Part shown: positions 51,033 to 63,042 of the stretch, piece by piece
Layout of the letters: every line of letters begins with the position of its first letter
How positions within the stretch are numbered: position 1 is the stretch's first letter
From: Octopus bimaculoides
Lineage: Eukaryota
Length of the DNA: 63,042 bases
Direction: 5' to 3'
Assembly: GCF_001194135.2 (NCBI RefSeq)
Contig: NC_068996.1
Span: forward strand, 20,626,000 to 20,689,041
The notes under the pieces: model-generated
Told to the model about the DNA's origin: nothing
Seen by the model: the letters and a program-made list of their open reading frames with translations, nothing else
Database searches by the model: none
Translations under genes and position numbers: made by a program

Positions 51033-53016
51033 AATATATATATATATAACTTTTTGAAGTTTCAGATACAAGTTTATTTCAAGCTCTTGAAATAGTCAAT
51101 GGCAAAGTTTGCAGCAATTACAAGGAGTCATATTTGATATTTGGATTGCTTAACAATGATGAAATACAGTGGGGTGCAACAGTCAGTTTTAGAGTTCCTT
51201 TCACCATGCTAATAAGATATTGTGAACCATCCAATCCAGTTGAGTTATAGCTATTGTGTTGACCTACCTAAAGGTTTCAAACATTAATTTAATAGATGTT
51301 TCCTGACATCTGTACCCAGGTAAAAATTTCAGTGTTGCCATCATTGGCAGTAAGAATATGACCTCCATTAACTTAATCACACTGAAATTAATAATCTAGC
51401 ACCTGATATTTGGAGAGAAACATCAATGATTATAATGAAACTAAACCCAAACTTGCTGTGAACTGGATGACAAGCTAATCTCTTATTTTTGACACAGTTC
51501 CACTCACTGATGGAATTGGAATAGCATTCCTAATCAATTCATTGTTTGTCAAAATGTCAACATAAATGCACTTTACTGGAAATATGGGGAGAGATCATAC
51601 ATTTCACTGTCAAACTCCTCTTACTGAACACAAATGAAGCACTTGTTTACAACTTTGTCAAGAATCAGAAACTGGAGTTCTTAAGGGAAGCTAGATAATC
51701 TGGGATAAATGCATAGCGACATGCAAGAGAGTTCTGGGGATGCTAGACATTGCAGAAGTTATGTGAGGAGATATTGAATTAGAAGAGTAACATTGATGCT
51801 GTCAGATGGCTAATCTCAGACTCTACCAGTGATCTTAAAAGGAACAAAGGCCACTGAAATTTGTAATGGCCTAAATTTGTCATTAATTTGAGCCAAAGTT
51901 AAAAAATTTTAAGACCGTCTCCAAATACATGTCTATGTCTTTGGAGATAATCTGTCTTATATACATATAGCTGCTTGAAAGGAAACTCCTCTGAAACAAA
52001 AACAATTAGTCAACAAACTGGCCACTTGTCATAGATAAAGTATAAATAGAACATAATTTGTTTGAATCAAGAAGTACAAACGTTTTAAATGTTCCAATCA
52101 AATTCTGAAATGTGATTCATTCATTCCACAATATTAAAGAATCAGTAGAACTAGTCTCTAAGTAACTGGTTTCATCTAAGTAGAATCAGTAGGCAATGCC
52201 AAGTAGGAATAAAAATATTTCTGAATGAATATGGTATTAGATAATTGGATCAGTTGTCAAGTGTTTCCTTGTTTTACATCTAGTACACTTTATTTTCCAT
52301 TACCTCAATCCATCTGCATACTGTTGTCTGTTGAAAGAGCCTTCATTACCATAAAAGTAAAGCTAAGTTCTTCCCCTTGTGGAGACATTCACATTATTGT
52401 GATGCCCAAATCAAAGGTGAAGTAGTAACTGTGATGTTGAGATAGAGGCCAACTGAAAATGGGTTCTTAAGTAAGGTACATAACTCGGCATCCAAAGTAA
52501 CCCAACATTACAGGTTCTTAACGTTTCCAAAGGTGAGTGTTGGAAAAACATCTTGCTATACAATTAATTGCTTAAAATAAAAACATCTCTTCTTTATTTA
52601 CACAAGTTGAAACCAATGGATGTAAAATATAACTGACTTGGAAGTTATGCTTTATATTCAAGATATGTTTGCTTAAATATACAGACACATAGTATAAATG
52701 CAGGTGGTGTATGTATGTGTATATATATATATATATATATGATAATATAATAATAATAATAATATTAGGGACAAAATCCAAAATTACAGGTAAAAACTCA
52801 ATTAAAATCAATTTATAAAAAATAAAAATTAAATTGAGCTTTACAGAGTAAAATATATATAGATATATAGTTTTAGGGAAAAGAACCAAGGTTCATGAAC
52901 TCATCGATGAAAATCCACTGTCACATATAGAAAAATTAATAAGTAAAAGCACAATAAATGAGTATAATATAATGCAAAGTAAATATCATAAAAAAATATA
53001 TATTTATATATCTATA

Positions 53017-54192
53017 TATGAAGTCTGATCAACTTGTAACCAGGCTGTTGCCATAGTAACAAAACTAAAGCATGTAGAGTAAAGTCGCTTAGCAAAGATT
53101 GGTCTTGAACTCTGCTGTGCATGTGCACTATGTTTTAATGTTCTAGCTCACTTCTGCTGTTTACAGCAGTGCTTGGAAGGAAGATGTGTAGTGTGTGATC
53201 ATTGCATTGACCATGACAGAGAAACTTGTCATGGATCACCATGAAGAAAGTGTGTGAAGAGGGGTGCATGAGCCACATACAAGTGTATCAGTGGTTCAGA
53301 CATTTCCAAGATGGCCAAAAAAATGCCGATATTAATGAACATTCTCAGAGACCCACAACTGACAGAACTGAGAAAAACATTGCAGATGTACTTGCAGCTG
53401 TGATGGAAAATCATCAAATCACCATCCGTGAGTTATCAGAGGATGAGACACGTGTCTGCCAAGTTTGTGCCAAAACTGCTTTCAGCTGATCAAAAAGACA
53501 CTTGGATTTCAGTTGTACAAGATCTCCTTAATTGTGCTGAGAATGATGAAAACTTTGCATAGGCCTCTGAGCAGGTATACTCTCTCTTTTTACTCTTTTA
53601 ATTGTTTCAGTCATTTGACTGCGGCCATGCTGGAGCACCGCCTTTAGTCGAGCAAATCAACCCCACTTATTCTTTGTAAGCCCAGTACTTTAGTACTTAT
53701 TCTAGCGGTCTCTTTTGCCGAACCGCTAAGTGACGGGGACATAAACACAGCAGCATCGGTTGTCAAGCAATGCTAGGGAGACAAACACAGACACACACAT
53801 ATATATATATATATACATGTATACGACGGGCTTCTTTTAGTTTCCGTCTACCAAATCCACTCACAAGGCTTTGGTCGGCCCGAGGCTATAGTAGAAGACA
53901 CTTGCCCAAGATGCCACGCAGTGGGACTGAACCCGGAACCATGTGGTTGGTAAGCAAGCTACTTACCACACAGCCACTCCTGCGCCTATTGCTAAACTTT
54001 TGGCAAAATGTGATATGGATTCTCTGCTCAACTTTCTCTGTCATGGTCAATGCGATGATCACATTTTCCTTCCAAGCACTGCTATAAACAGTGGAAGTAA
54101 GCTAGAACAATAAAACTTTCGGTGCTTTACTCTGTATGCTTTAACTTTGTTACTATGGCAATAGTCCAGATACTTACTGATCAGACCATGTA
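53017..54192 (+). mobile_element. Mariner remnant (transposase N-terminus) with inverted 5'-end copy, interrupted by a SINE
   Basis: HTH-region peptide QVYQWFRHFQDG..RPTT..ITIRELSED..SAKFVPKLLSADQK. Inverted copy of the 5' terminus at about 54040-54192. Confidence 0.75.
53581..53988 (-). mobile_element. tRNA/CORE-like SINE family A, full length
   Basis: Head GGCGCAGGAGTGGCTGTGTGG..GGTTCAGTCCC (A/B boxes), CORE-like TTGGGCAAGTGTCTT, internal (CA/TA)n, 3' tail GGCGGTGCTCCAGCATGGCCGCAGTCAAATGACTGAAAC. Further copies near 330, 5300, 13715, 25430 and 57810. Confidence 0.85.
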
Positions 54193-55186
54193 TATATATG
54201 CATTCATGATTATTTGCTAGTTTTAAAAAGCTCCTAATTTTTGTGTCTTCCCTCTCATTGAGCGATGAGAGGACTATTTCTATTTTTAACAAGATGAACA
54301 ACTGTAGATACTCAAACTTCTTTACTTCCTCCCAGAAGACAAGTTCAAAAGAATCACTAATAATTTCTGTCAGCCAGCTATTTCAGTTCTTTTACAATTA
54401 TGCAATCTATTATCACATGTCATGTTTCCAAATAAAACATGCTGCTATAACTACAATTAAAAGAAAAGTATTGTAATAGCATGTGCTATAATATAAGATG
54501 ATCTGATAAACATAGTAAAATATTAATATGGCCACTAGTACTGGTTACCAGAAGATATGTAAATGAAGTCTTGAATTCCTTGCTAAGTGAAATGCTCCAT
54601 TTGGTTATTTTCCACATGGAAGGTAAGAAAGGTAATGTAAAAGCATAGAAGAGAAATTCCAATGTCATATTTTTGAAATGGAGTGAATTAGTAGAGAGTG
54701 CAGATGGATTTAGAAGCAGTCATAGTCAATGCATGGTCTATGACACATGCATGAGATGGCAATATGGATAAGGGACAATAGGTAGTGCCTAAATAAGGAC
54801 TAGTTATTGGAAAAGCAGTATATAATATTTTTGGAGGAATGTTGTAAATATGTACAAAGATCATCCTACCTAGTTGGTATTGTACAGAGGAATAGCAAAG
54901 CAGTGATTTGTGAGCTGAATTCAGCAAGCAGTAAAACATAGTACTGTATTCAAGAACAAGTCAATCATTTACTCATCATCATCATTTAACGTCCACTTTC
55001 CATGCTAGCATGGGTTGGATGATTTGACTGAGGACTGGTGAACCAGATGGCTACACCAGGTTCCAATTTGGCTCATTGGGTAAATGGCTTCAACTGTAAT
55101 TGTGAGTTGAGTGAATTTGGTAGGAGAAATCTATGCAGAAGCTTGTTGCATTTACATGTGTGCGTGTGCGTGCACGTATGTATTTC

Positions 55187-55880
55187 ATCATCATCATCAT
55201 CGTTTAACGTCCGCTTTCCATGCTAGCATGGGTTGGATGATTTGACTGAGGACTGGTGGACCAGGTGGCTACACCAGGCTCCAATCTGATTTGGCAGAGT
55301 TTCTACAGCTGGATGCCCTTCCTAATGCCAACCACTCCAAGAGTGTAGTGGGTGCTTTTACGTACCACCGGCACAAAGGCCAGTCAAGCGGTACTAGCAA
55401 TGGCCACGCTCAAAATGGTATATTTTACGTACTACCCACACAGGAGCCAGTCCAGCAGCACTGGCAACGATCTCGCTCGGATGTCTTTTCACGTGCCAGT
55501 AAGGCGATGCTGGTAATGATCACGCTCAAATGGTGCTAGTTACGTGCCACTGGCATGGAAGCTAGACAGCTGCTCTGGCAACGATCATGCTCGAACGGTG
55601 CTCTTAGCACTCCACTGGTACAGGTGCCATCATGATTTCGCTTTCACCTGCCCCAACAGGTCTTTGCAAGCCGAGTTTAGTGTTCAATGAAGGAAAGGTT
55701 CGCATAAGTGGGCTAGCTACATCCCTGGCAGAGGCCTTGGATTTTGGTCACACTTGACTTGCCGGGTCTTCTCACACACAGCATATTTCCAAAGGTCTCG
55801 GTCAGAAGTCATTGCCTCGGTGAGGCCCAAAGTTCAAAGGTCGTGCTTCACCATCTCATCCCAGGTCTTCCTGGGTTTAT
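55187..55880 (-). mobile_element. RTE 3' end with ~60-bp VNTR (about 5 units)
   Basis: (GAT)n tail, 3' UTR, units 55331-55630, ORF end 55745-55880. Confidence 0.8.
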
Positions 55881-56184
55881 TGTACCTTAAAAAAAAAAAC
55901 ATACTTTCCACACTTGGCTGTAAAGCTGCATACCAATTATGTCTTGTGTTTTATATTACATTCCTTACATTGTGCATGAGTGATGAGTGCAAATGATGGG
56001 TGATTGATTCCAGCTGGCTCTGTTTAATGATGTTACAGCTAAGATAATGGAAGTGAAAAGGTTTCTATTATGTGAAATAAAAGAACCTGACATTTCTTGG
56101 TAGCATTATTGCTGCCTGTGTGGTTCAGCTAGAGTAAGTGACAAGATTATTACCACCTCTAGTCAATAACCATGTGTCCCACAG

Positions 56185-57040
56185 TCATCATCATTTAATG
56201 TCCATTGTCTACGCTGGCAGTTGAACCAGGGCTGCACCAGACTACAGTCTGATTTGATATGGTTTGTACAGCTGGATGCCCTTCCTAACATCAACCACTC
56301 TGAGAATGTAATGGTGCTTTTGCATGCCACAACTATAACTTCACTTGGCTTGATGTGTTTTCTTCTCAAGCACGGCATTTTGCCAAAGGTCTTGGTCATT
56401 TGTCATTGCCTCTGTGAGACCCAATTCTTGAATGTCTTTTTACATGCCACTGGCAGAGTGCTAGTCACATGACACCAGCATCAACCACATTGCCTCCATG
56501 AGCCCCAATGTTCAAAAGGTGCTTTTATGTGACACCAGCACAAGTGTTAGTGACCTGACACTGGCATCGGCCACGACTACAATTTCACTTAGCTTGACAG
56601 GTCGTCTCAAGCATAGCATATCGCCAAAGGTCTTGGTTACTTGTCATTGCTTCTGAGAGGCCCAACATTCAAAGATCATACTTTACCACCTTATCTCATA
56701 TTTTCCTTGGTCAATCTCTTCCACAAGTTGCCTCCAGTTAGAGATCAGCACTTCTTTACACAGCTGTCCTCATCCATATGCATCATAAAACCATACCAGC
56801 ACAGTCGTCACTCTTTGCACACATCTGATGCCTCTTATGCCCAATTTTTCTATCAAAGCATTTATACTGTCCTACATTGCACATCCAGTGAAGCATGCTA
56901 ATTTCATTTCTTTCAAGCATGTCTTCAGTGGTCACAACCCATATATCATATTTGTTTGCACACAGACATCATACAGTTTGCCTTTCACTCTGAGGGAGAG
57001 GCTCTTTGTTGCCAACAGGGCAGGAGCTATTCTTGTTCTC
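56185..57040 (-). mobile_element. RTE 3' fragment with repeated terminal segments
   Basis: Tail, repeated ORF-end/UTR blocks, and RT C-terminal remnant homologous to 34420-34800. Confidence 0.7.
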
Positions 57041-58497
57041 CCAGTTACTTTTGATAACTACATCTCTGGTTCAACAAAAAGCTGTCTTTGTTATAGGATG
57101 GTTCATCAATAAGACATCCAAGACAAATGATCATGCCGTATCGGGTCAAGTATAAGGACACCATTGATGCATCCATTAGTTAGTATTTGCTTGGGTCAGT
57201 CAACCTCCATCTCTGCAAGACACTTCCACATCTGCCATGACCATATGACTAGCTAACATGAGCTGTAATCCCAGCCAGATCCACAGGCATTATATGCAGG
57301 GCCCAGCTAAGAATATCAAGCAAACTGTCTAACCAGCCTAAGCTGATGTACCTGAATCATATAATAGGATGCATCCCAGTTTCTGAGTATAGTCATCTAT
57401 TGTATATGAAATTTGATCAATGTTAATCTATAATCCTTAGAGCATTGGGTTTGCTATCATGAGGTAGTGAATTCAATTCCCAGACAGGACCGTGTTGTGT
57501 TCTTGAGCAAGACACCCAGTTCACACAGCTGTAGAAATGAGTTGTGATGTCACTGGTGCTAAGCTGTATCAGCCTTTGCCTTTCCCTTGGATAACATTGG
57601 TGGCATGGAGAGGGGAGGCTGGTATGCAAGGGTAACTGCTGGTCTTCCATAAACAGACTTGTACTTAGGGAGGGCAACATTCTAGGTACAATCCCATGAA
57701 GTGTCCTAGTAACAGTAATCTATGTTGGAATTAATTTAAAGTTGTTGGTATCCAATAATCTTGTGAAGCATCCCTGTACCAGGAATGTAGTTTTTACCTT
57801 TTATTAGTTTAAGTCACTGGAGTGCTACCATGCCGGGATACTGTCTTGAATTTTTACTTGAATGAAGTGACTCCAGTACTTTATTTTTTTTAAACCTGGG
57901 GTTTATTCTATTGGTCTCTTTTGCCAAATTGCAAAGTTGTGAAGGAATAAACACACCAGCACTGTTTGTCAAGTGGCAGTGGAGGACACACCTTTTCACT
58001 TTCCATCCATCAAATCCACTCAAGGCTTTGGTCGGCCCAAGATTAGTCAAAGATACTTGCCCAATATGCCATGTAGTGGGATTGATCTTGGAACCATGTG
58101 GTTGGGATACCAACTTCTTACCACACAGCTTTGCCTGCACCTATTGTTGTTGACATTAATTTAAAGTTGTGGATACAGATGTCTATATTAGTCAACTTTC
58201 ATCCTTTTAGGATGAAGTTGTATACTGGAGTGGATTCCCCAAAAATTTGTTGCCTGCTGGTACATATGTGTAAGTGTGTGTACACACACCAATGTTATTT
58301 AGAAAGCTAAATTATACATCAAAGCATAAAACTGCAATATCTGCTCTGTTGGCAAATAACTGTAGTGAATGCAAAAGTCCCAGTAAACAATTAATCCTTT
58401 ATCTACAAGTCCTACATATTGTTGAATGACTGCACAATTTAATATCTCTTTCAATTATTGGCCACTTTATGTGTGCATCTGCTTTTAAACATTTATA

Positions 58498-59168
58498 GGA
58501 TCTAGTTCAAAACGGGGGCACCAGTATTTTCTTAATGAAACACTTTGAAACTTGGGACACTGGTAGAATGTCATATAAAACATCTTTTTCTCTTAGTCTT
58601 CTTAACAAAAAAAACGTACATCGCAAGTTATTTCATGGTAAAGTTGTCGTATTTCTGTAATTTCAACCAATGACTGACGTCCATTCAGTCGAATACAGTA
58701 ATTGCTGACTACGTAAACAAACGATTCTGGCGGTGATAAAATTATTATTTCCTTGTCAAAAAATGGCTGAAGCATATTGGCAGTAGGGTTAGGCAGTAGC
58801 TAATAAACCTTTCATACAGTTCAGGCAGATGTTAACGAAATAAACACACGTGAAAGAAAATGAAAAAAGCAAATGTTGTACACATACAGTTCAGGCAGAT
58901 GTTAACGAAATTATAAATGGAGATTAAATACGCTTTACACCGCTTAAACTGCCAAAGGAGTAAGTGTAAACAGCTGAATACTTGTCAGTGATTGGTTGAA
59001 ATTATCGAAATAAGACAATTTTTTACATGAAATAACTCCGAATACAAAATTTTTTTTCTGTTCTATAACACAAAATAGATAAGTATACGAAGTTTGAAAG
59101 TCTTTCAGTACCAAAAACACTACATGAAACATACATGAAAACTGGTGCCCCCGTTTTGAACTAGATCC
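58498..59168. mobile_element. Merlin-like MITE, related to 37316-38063 in opposite orientation
   Basis: Perfect 28-bp TIR GGATCTAGTTCAAAACGGGGGCACCAGT. TSD CATTTATA/CATTGATA. Internal 29-bp direct repeat at 58813 and 58883. Confidence 0.8.
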
Positions 59169-62100
59169 CATTGATATCACCAAGGCTATAAATGTTAAAA
59201 TGCTGTAGTATTGCCAATGCCATTTTTTATGTAATGTCTGGATCTCCAACTTCTATACTTTTGTAGTCAAACAATCAGTCTAGTAAAGTAGATCAGCAGG
59301 ATTGAGTATCATACAAGTGAACTTGTGGTTTTTCCTTCCAATACAAATTCCATTTAGACATACAATTTTAAGTAGTAAGATATGTCATCTTGTACAAGTG
59401 TACTTCTCATATCTTGAGAAGTTTAACTCTTTAGCATTTAATCTGGCAAAAAAATATTCTAACTTTATGTTAAAACTGACCAGCTCCAACCTCTCACACC
59501 TACCCTACAATGTCATTCTAAAAAAATATACAAAGACATCATTGAAATCTTGAAGCTACAAGATAATGCATGATTAATTCAAAATATTGTGAATAAATAA
59601 GTATTACATTTAACCAAGAAATGTTAATGCTAAAGGTTAGCTGTTTTTGATACATTATACAAGAGTCCAAAAGGAAAATCTTTGAAGTTAGTAAATCCAA
59701 ATTACTTAACTTACAGCAGACCAGGTTTTTCCTGGTCACATAAACAGGCATATCTTATAATTTTATTGATGTTCTAAAGTACTAAGCTCAAATGTTGTCA
59801 TTACACAAGAAAACAAAAAAATAATTTTACTGATTAGTGCAACTTTTCAGTGTTGGTACTAATAAAATTGATGTTAGGGCAGACATCTAGCAAATGGAGC
59901 ATGATGTCCTCTGGCTTGTTAAATCCTGCCAGCATGGAAATTGCACATAAAATTATGATGTCCTATTTCCTATATTCTTTTCACTTTGAATACCTGATTA
60001 TATAAAACTTACAAATATCTATTATTCAAAAGAATAGGACAGTGCTTATGACACACCCCACTTCACTTGTTTGGTGTGGTTAATATTCAGTCTGAATTTC
60101 TCTAGAACCATATTGTCCAATTTTCATTTTTAAAAATCCATTACAATTTAAAGAATTTTAGCAGCTTATGACAGACAGGTTCACTAACATAGTTAAATAT
60201 TTATGACCAGAGAGTGGACAAGTGAAAGTAAGACTATTCACAGAAGCAAAACTTTTACTGAGTTGGTTTAGATGGGATTCTGCTGACTCAGACAGAGCAC
60301 TGTACATAACACAAAGCATTTCTCTTAAGAGACAATGGAATAAGAGGTGGTGATGTTTAACGGGGAGACAGTGAACTAAGTTTAGTAGTTAGTGCAAAAC
60401 TTATGGTTTGGGAATGCATGTATAGACATGATGCAAGAGCAGCGTTCACTATAAATTAGACTAATGTGGTAATTTTAGAAAACTGATGCTTCCATTAAGG
60501 GAAAAGAGGACAAAATGCTGGTGAGTCTAATAAACTACATGGGGAATTGAACTATGAGCTAGGACAAAGCTTGAATAGTTAAATGCAACAATTAGTATAT
60601 TTAATAATCCTCATTCATCTCATCATGGCCTTACTTAATTAACTTCAGATCTTGCAAACATATATGTTGTTAAAAAGGTAGCCAGCTGGCAGAATCATTA
60701 GCACAAACAAATTGTTGCAGAGGACAACAATCTTTCATCCATCGGGGTTTATAAAATAAATACCAGTTGGGCATTGGGGTCTATTTAATTGACTTAAACC
60801 CTTCCTCAAAATTGCCGGCCTTGTGTCAACATTTGAAACCAGTATTAATGGTATCAATAAGTAGGTTTGATTCCTAGTAATCAGAGGTACTAAAATATTA
60901 AAGAAAAACAAACTAAAAATTAAACTTAACAGGCAAAATTCATATCTAAGTTTTGTTTGTAAATTCTAAATATTTAACACGATTCAGATTACTGTCAAAT
61001 GTAATGCTTATAAAGTCACCTTTTAAATTAAATCATGTATTATCCTGTCACTTCAAGATTTCAATGAAGTGATTGTTTATTTCTAGAATGACATTGTAGG
61101 GTAGGTATGAGACTGGATCTGTCTGATTTCAACTGAAGACAGGCAGACTATCTGGGTCTGATATCGCGAGTGTAAATATTTAAGAAAATTTGATTCTAGA
61201 TACCAATAAGTCTCTCAAAGAAGTGCCAGCATAGCTGTATAATTTTTAACCTCATTTTGCAACCAAGCAGTTCCAGATTTTACCACAAACCCCGAGGCTT
61301 AAATGTCTTCTAATAATGCTTTGTGTTGAAACCATTGTGCATGCAAGTGAAATTCTATAGATGCAAACCACAGAAACCTGTCAAATACTTATCACTGACA
61401 ATTACCGTAACAATGCCTGTGCCCAGTATATTCAGTTACATATTCATTTAATGATTAGACAGCCTTACCCGAATCTTTAATGCCAAAACCATACATTCAT
61501 ACACAATCCTTAATTCTAAGAACCAATGAGACAAAGTGGGACAAGTACAATCCATCCACCAAATAGTTTGTCTAATCAATTTCATAATTCGACCTCAAAC
61601 CACAGAATATTTATTTCCTAATGATGTCATAAAATGAATTTGAACTGAGGACCTCATTGTTTGTAAAGTAAACTTTCTCATGCTACACACTAGTGGAATA
61701 AAGTACCTTGAAAACAAGGAGTCTGCTAGATGTAAAATTGATAATGATATCTAAACTACCATATATATAAATTTCCAAATAGGAAAACTACCTTAGAGTT
61801 AGTTAAAAATAGAGCTATGAAACAATTTATGTTAAATAGCTGACCCATCCATTCTAGTGATTACTTTTACTGTTTCTCCCATGAACATCATAATTTACCA
61901 AGCTGTTTCTCCAGTTTGCTTCTCTTGCATTATTGCCCAACCTCCACAGAAACAGGATTTTTTTCCCTCAAAGTTCTTTGCCCACATGCTTGTGTAGGGT
62001 GCAACAATTCAGTTTCCTATATTGCGTTATAGTTTGACCAATCCTGATAGCTTACTCCCCCTATTCTCTTCCCACTTGATACCAGGTTATCTTCACCTTT

Positions 62101-62974
62101 ACTTCTTGTTACAGTGCCCTAAGTCTTCACTGTTTTAACTAACCTGCATTTTGCTACTATTCTCACAACAATTCAAACTCTTACACTACTAACTTTCTTC
62201 GTCTTATCCCTCAGTAAAAGTACACGCATCAGAAGTTTGTGTTCACAACATAAAACAGTCCACTCAATTTCTATATCATGATGCACTAGTTCTGCCAGTG
62301 CAATCATACTACAATAGAAAGAAATCCAATCAAAACAAGCCACCCACACCCTAGAACCCTTACAACATCCACGCACTCCAACCACAAAATGACATACGTT
62401 ATGAAAAAAAAAAAAATACAGTGAGATAATTAGCCATTATCTTTAAAACAGATTTATCACAAAGTACCATAGACATATTAACATTATAAGTTTTATTATC
62501 ATATTTAATATCAACATTATTATTATTTCTTATAATTATTATTAAAATTGTTATTAGGATCAGTATTACAGACTTATTTCTGTATATAGAAAAAAAAAAG
62601 TAATGAAAAATATTAAAATGAAAAAAAAAAAGCAACCAAAATGGGGCACATGCACTCATGTATATACACACACATCCATGTATATAATATATACATATAC
62701 AGAAGCACTCAAATTGATATCACTAGCTGCCCAAACTGGTCTAGATTGTTTAATGTTTTATATATACATATATATATGTATATACATACACATACACACA
62801 CACACACACATAACACAGCAAGTGCATTCAAAGTCTACTCCACACATATCACTTACGCAGAAACAATTAGCAAAGGCAGCTCATCTTCTTTAAGCCCCAA
62901 TACCAAACATAAATAAATAAAAAAAGGAAACAACGAAACAAAAAATTTAATTTCCTTTTTAATTAACCTATCGG

Positions 62975-62977
<3 letters not shown>

Positions 62978-63042
<65 letters not shown>
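62978..63042. repeat. (TA)n to window end
   Basis: Direct reading. Confidence 0.98.

Noticed and set aside
54243-54400. Open frames on both strands (WLTEIISDSFELVFWEEVKK..)
   Set aside because: No clear splice sites or family match. It may be an old LINE C-terminus; cannot support a call.
60479-60520. 42-nt plus-strand exon-like segment (TTTTAG...CTG|GTGAGT)
   Set aside because: Short enough to arise by chance, with no partner exons or homology.

Overview
AT-rich, microsatellite- and retroelement-dense animal genomic DNA with 5 N-gaps. The repeat families look like those of Octopus/coleoid cephalopods (inference from recalled repeat consensus, not verified). One protein-coding gene is solid: HIRA (histone H3.3 chaperone) on the minus strand. 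Its ATG is at 41519, and 14 GT-AG coding exons down to 12092 join in frame into the first 431 codons (WD40 propeller plus the start of the linker). The B-domain and C-terminal exons were not found and presumably lie left of the window or in gaps. Exon 2 occurs twice, identically, on both sides of a gap. The rest is mobile DNA: RTE, CR1/L2-like, Tx1/L1-like and Penelope-like remnants, several tRNA-derived SINE families, a deleted gypsy LTR element, mariner, hAT and Merlin-like MITEs, and a Helitron 3' end. The most notable signals are a complete type I hammerhead ribozyme core at 10008-10142 with a palindromic helix III and an enlarged helix II, a weaker HDV-like ribozyme candidate at about 29837-29914, a LINE/SINE shared 3' stem-loop with compensatory changes, an LTR element whose 3' LTR is followed by a second PBS, and an expanding VNTR in RTE 3' ends. 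No second gene could be confidently identified.
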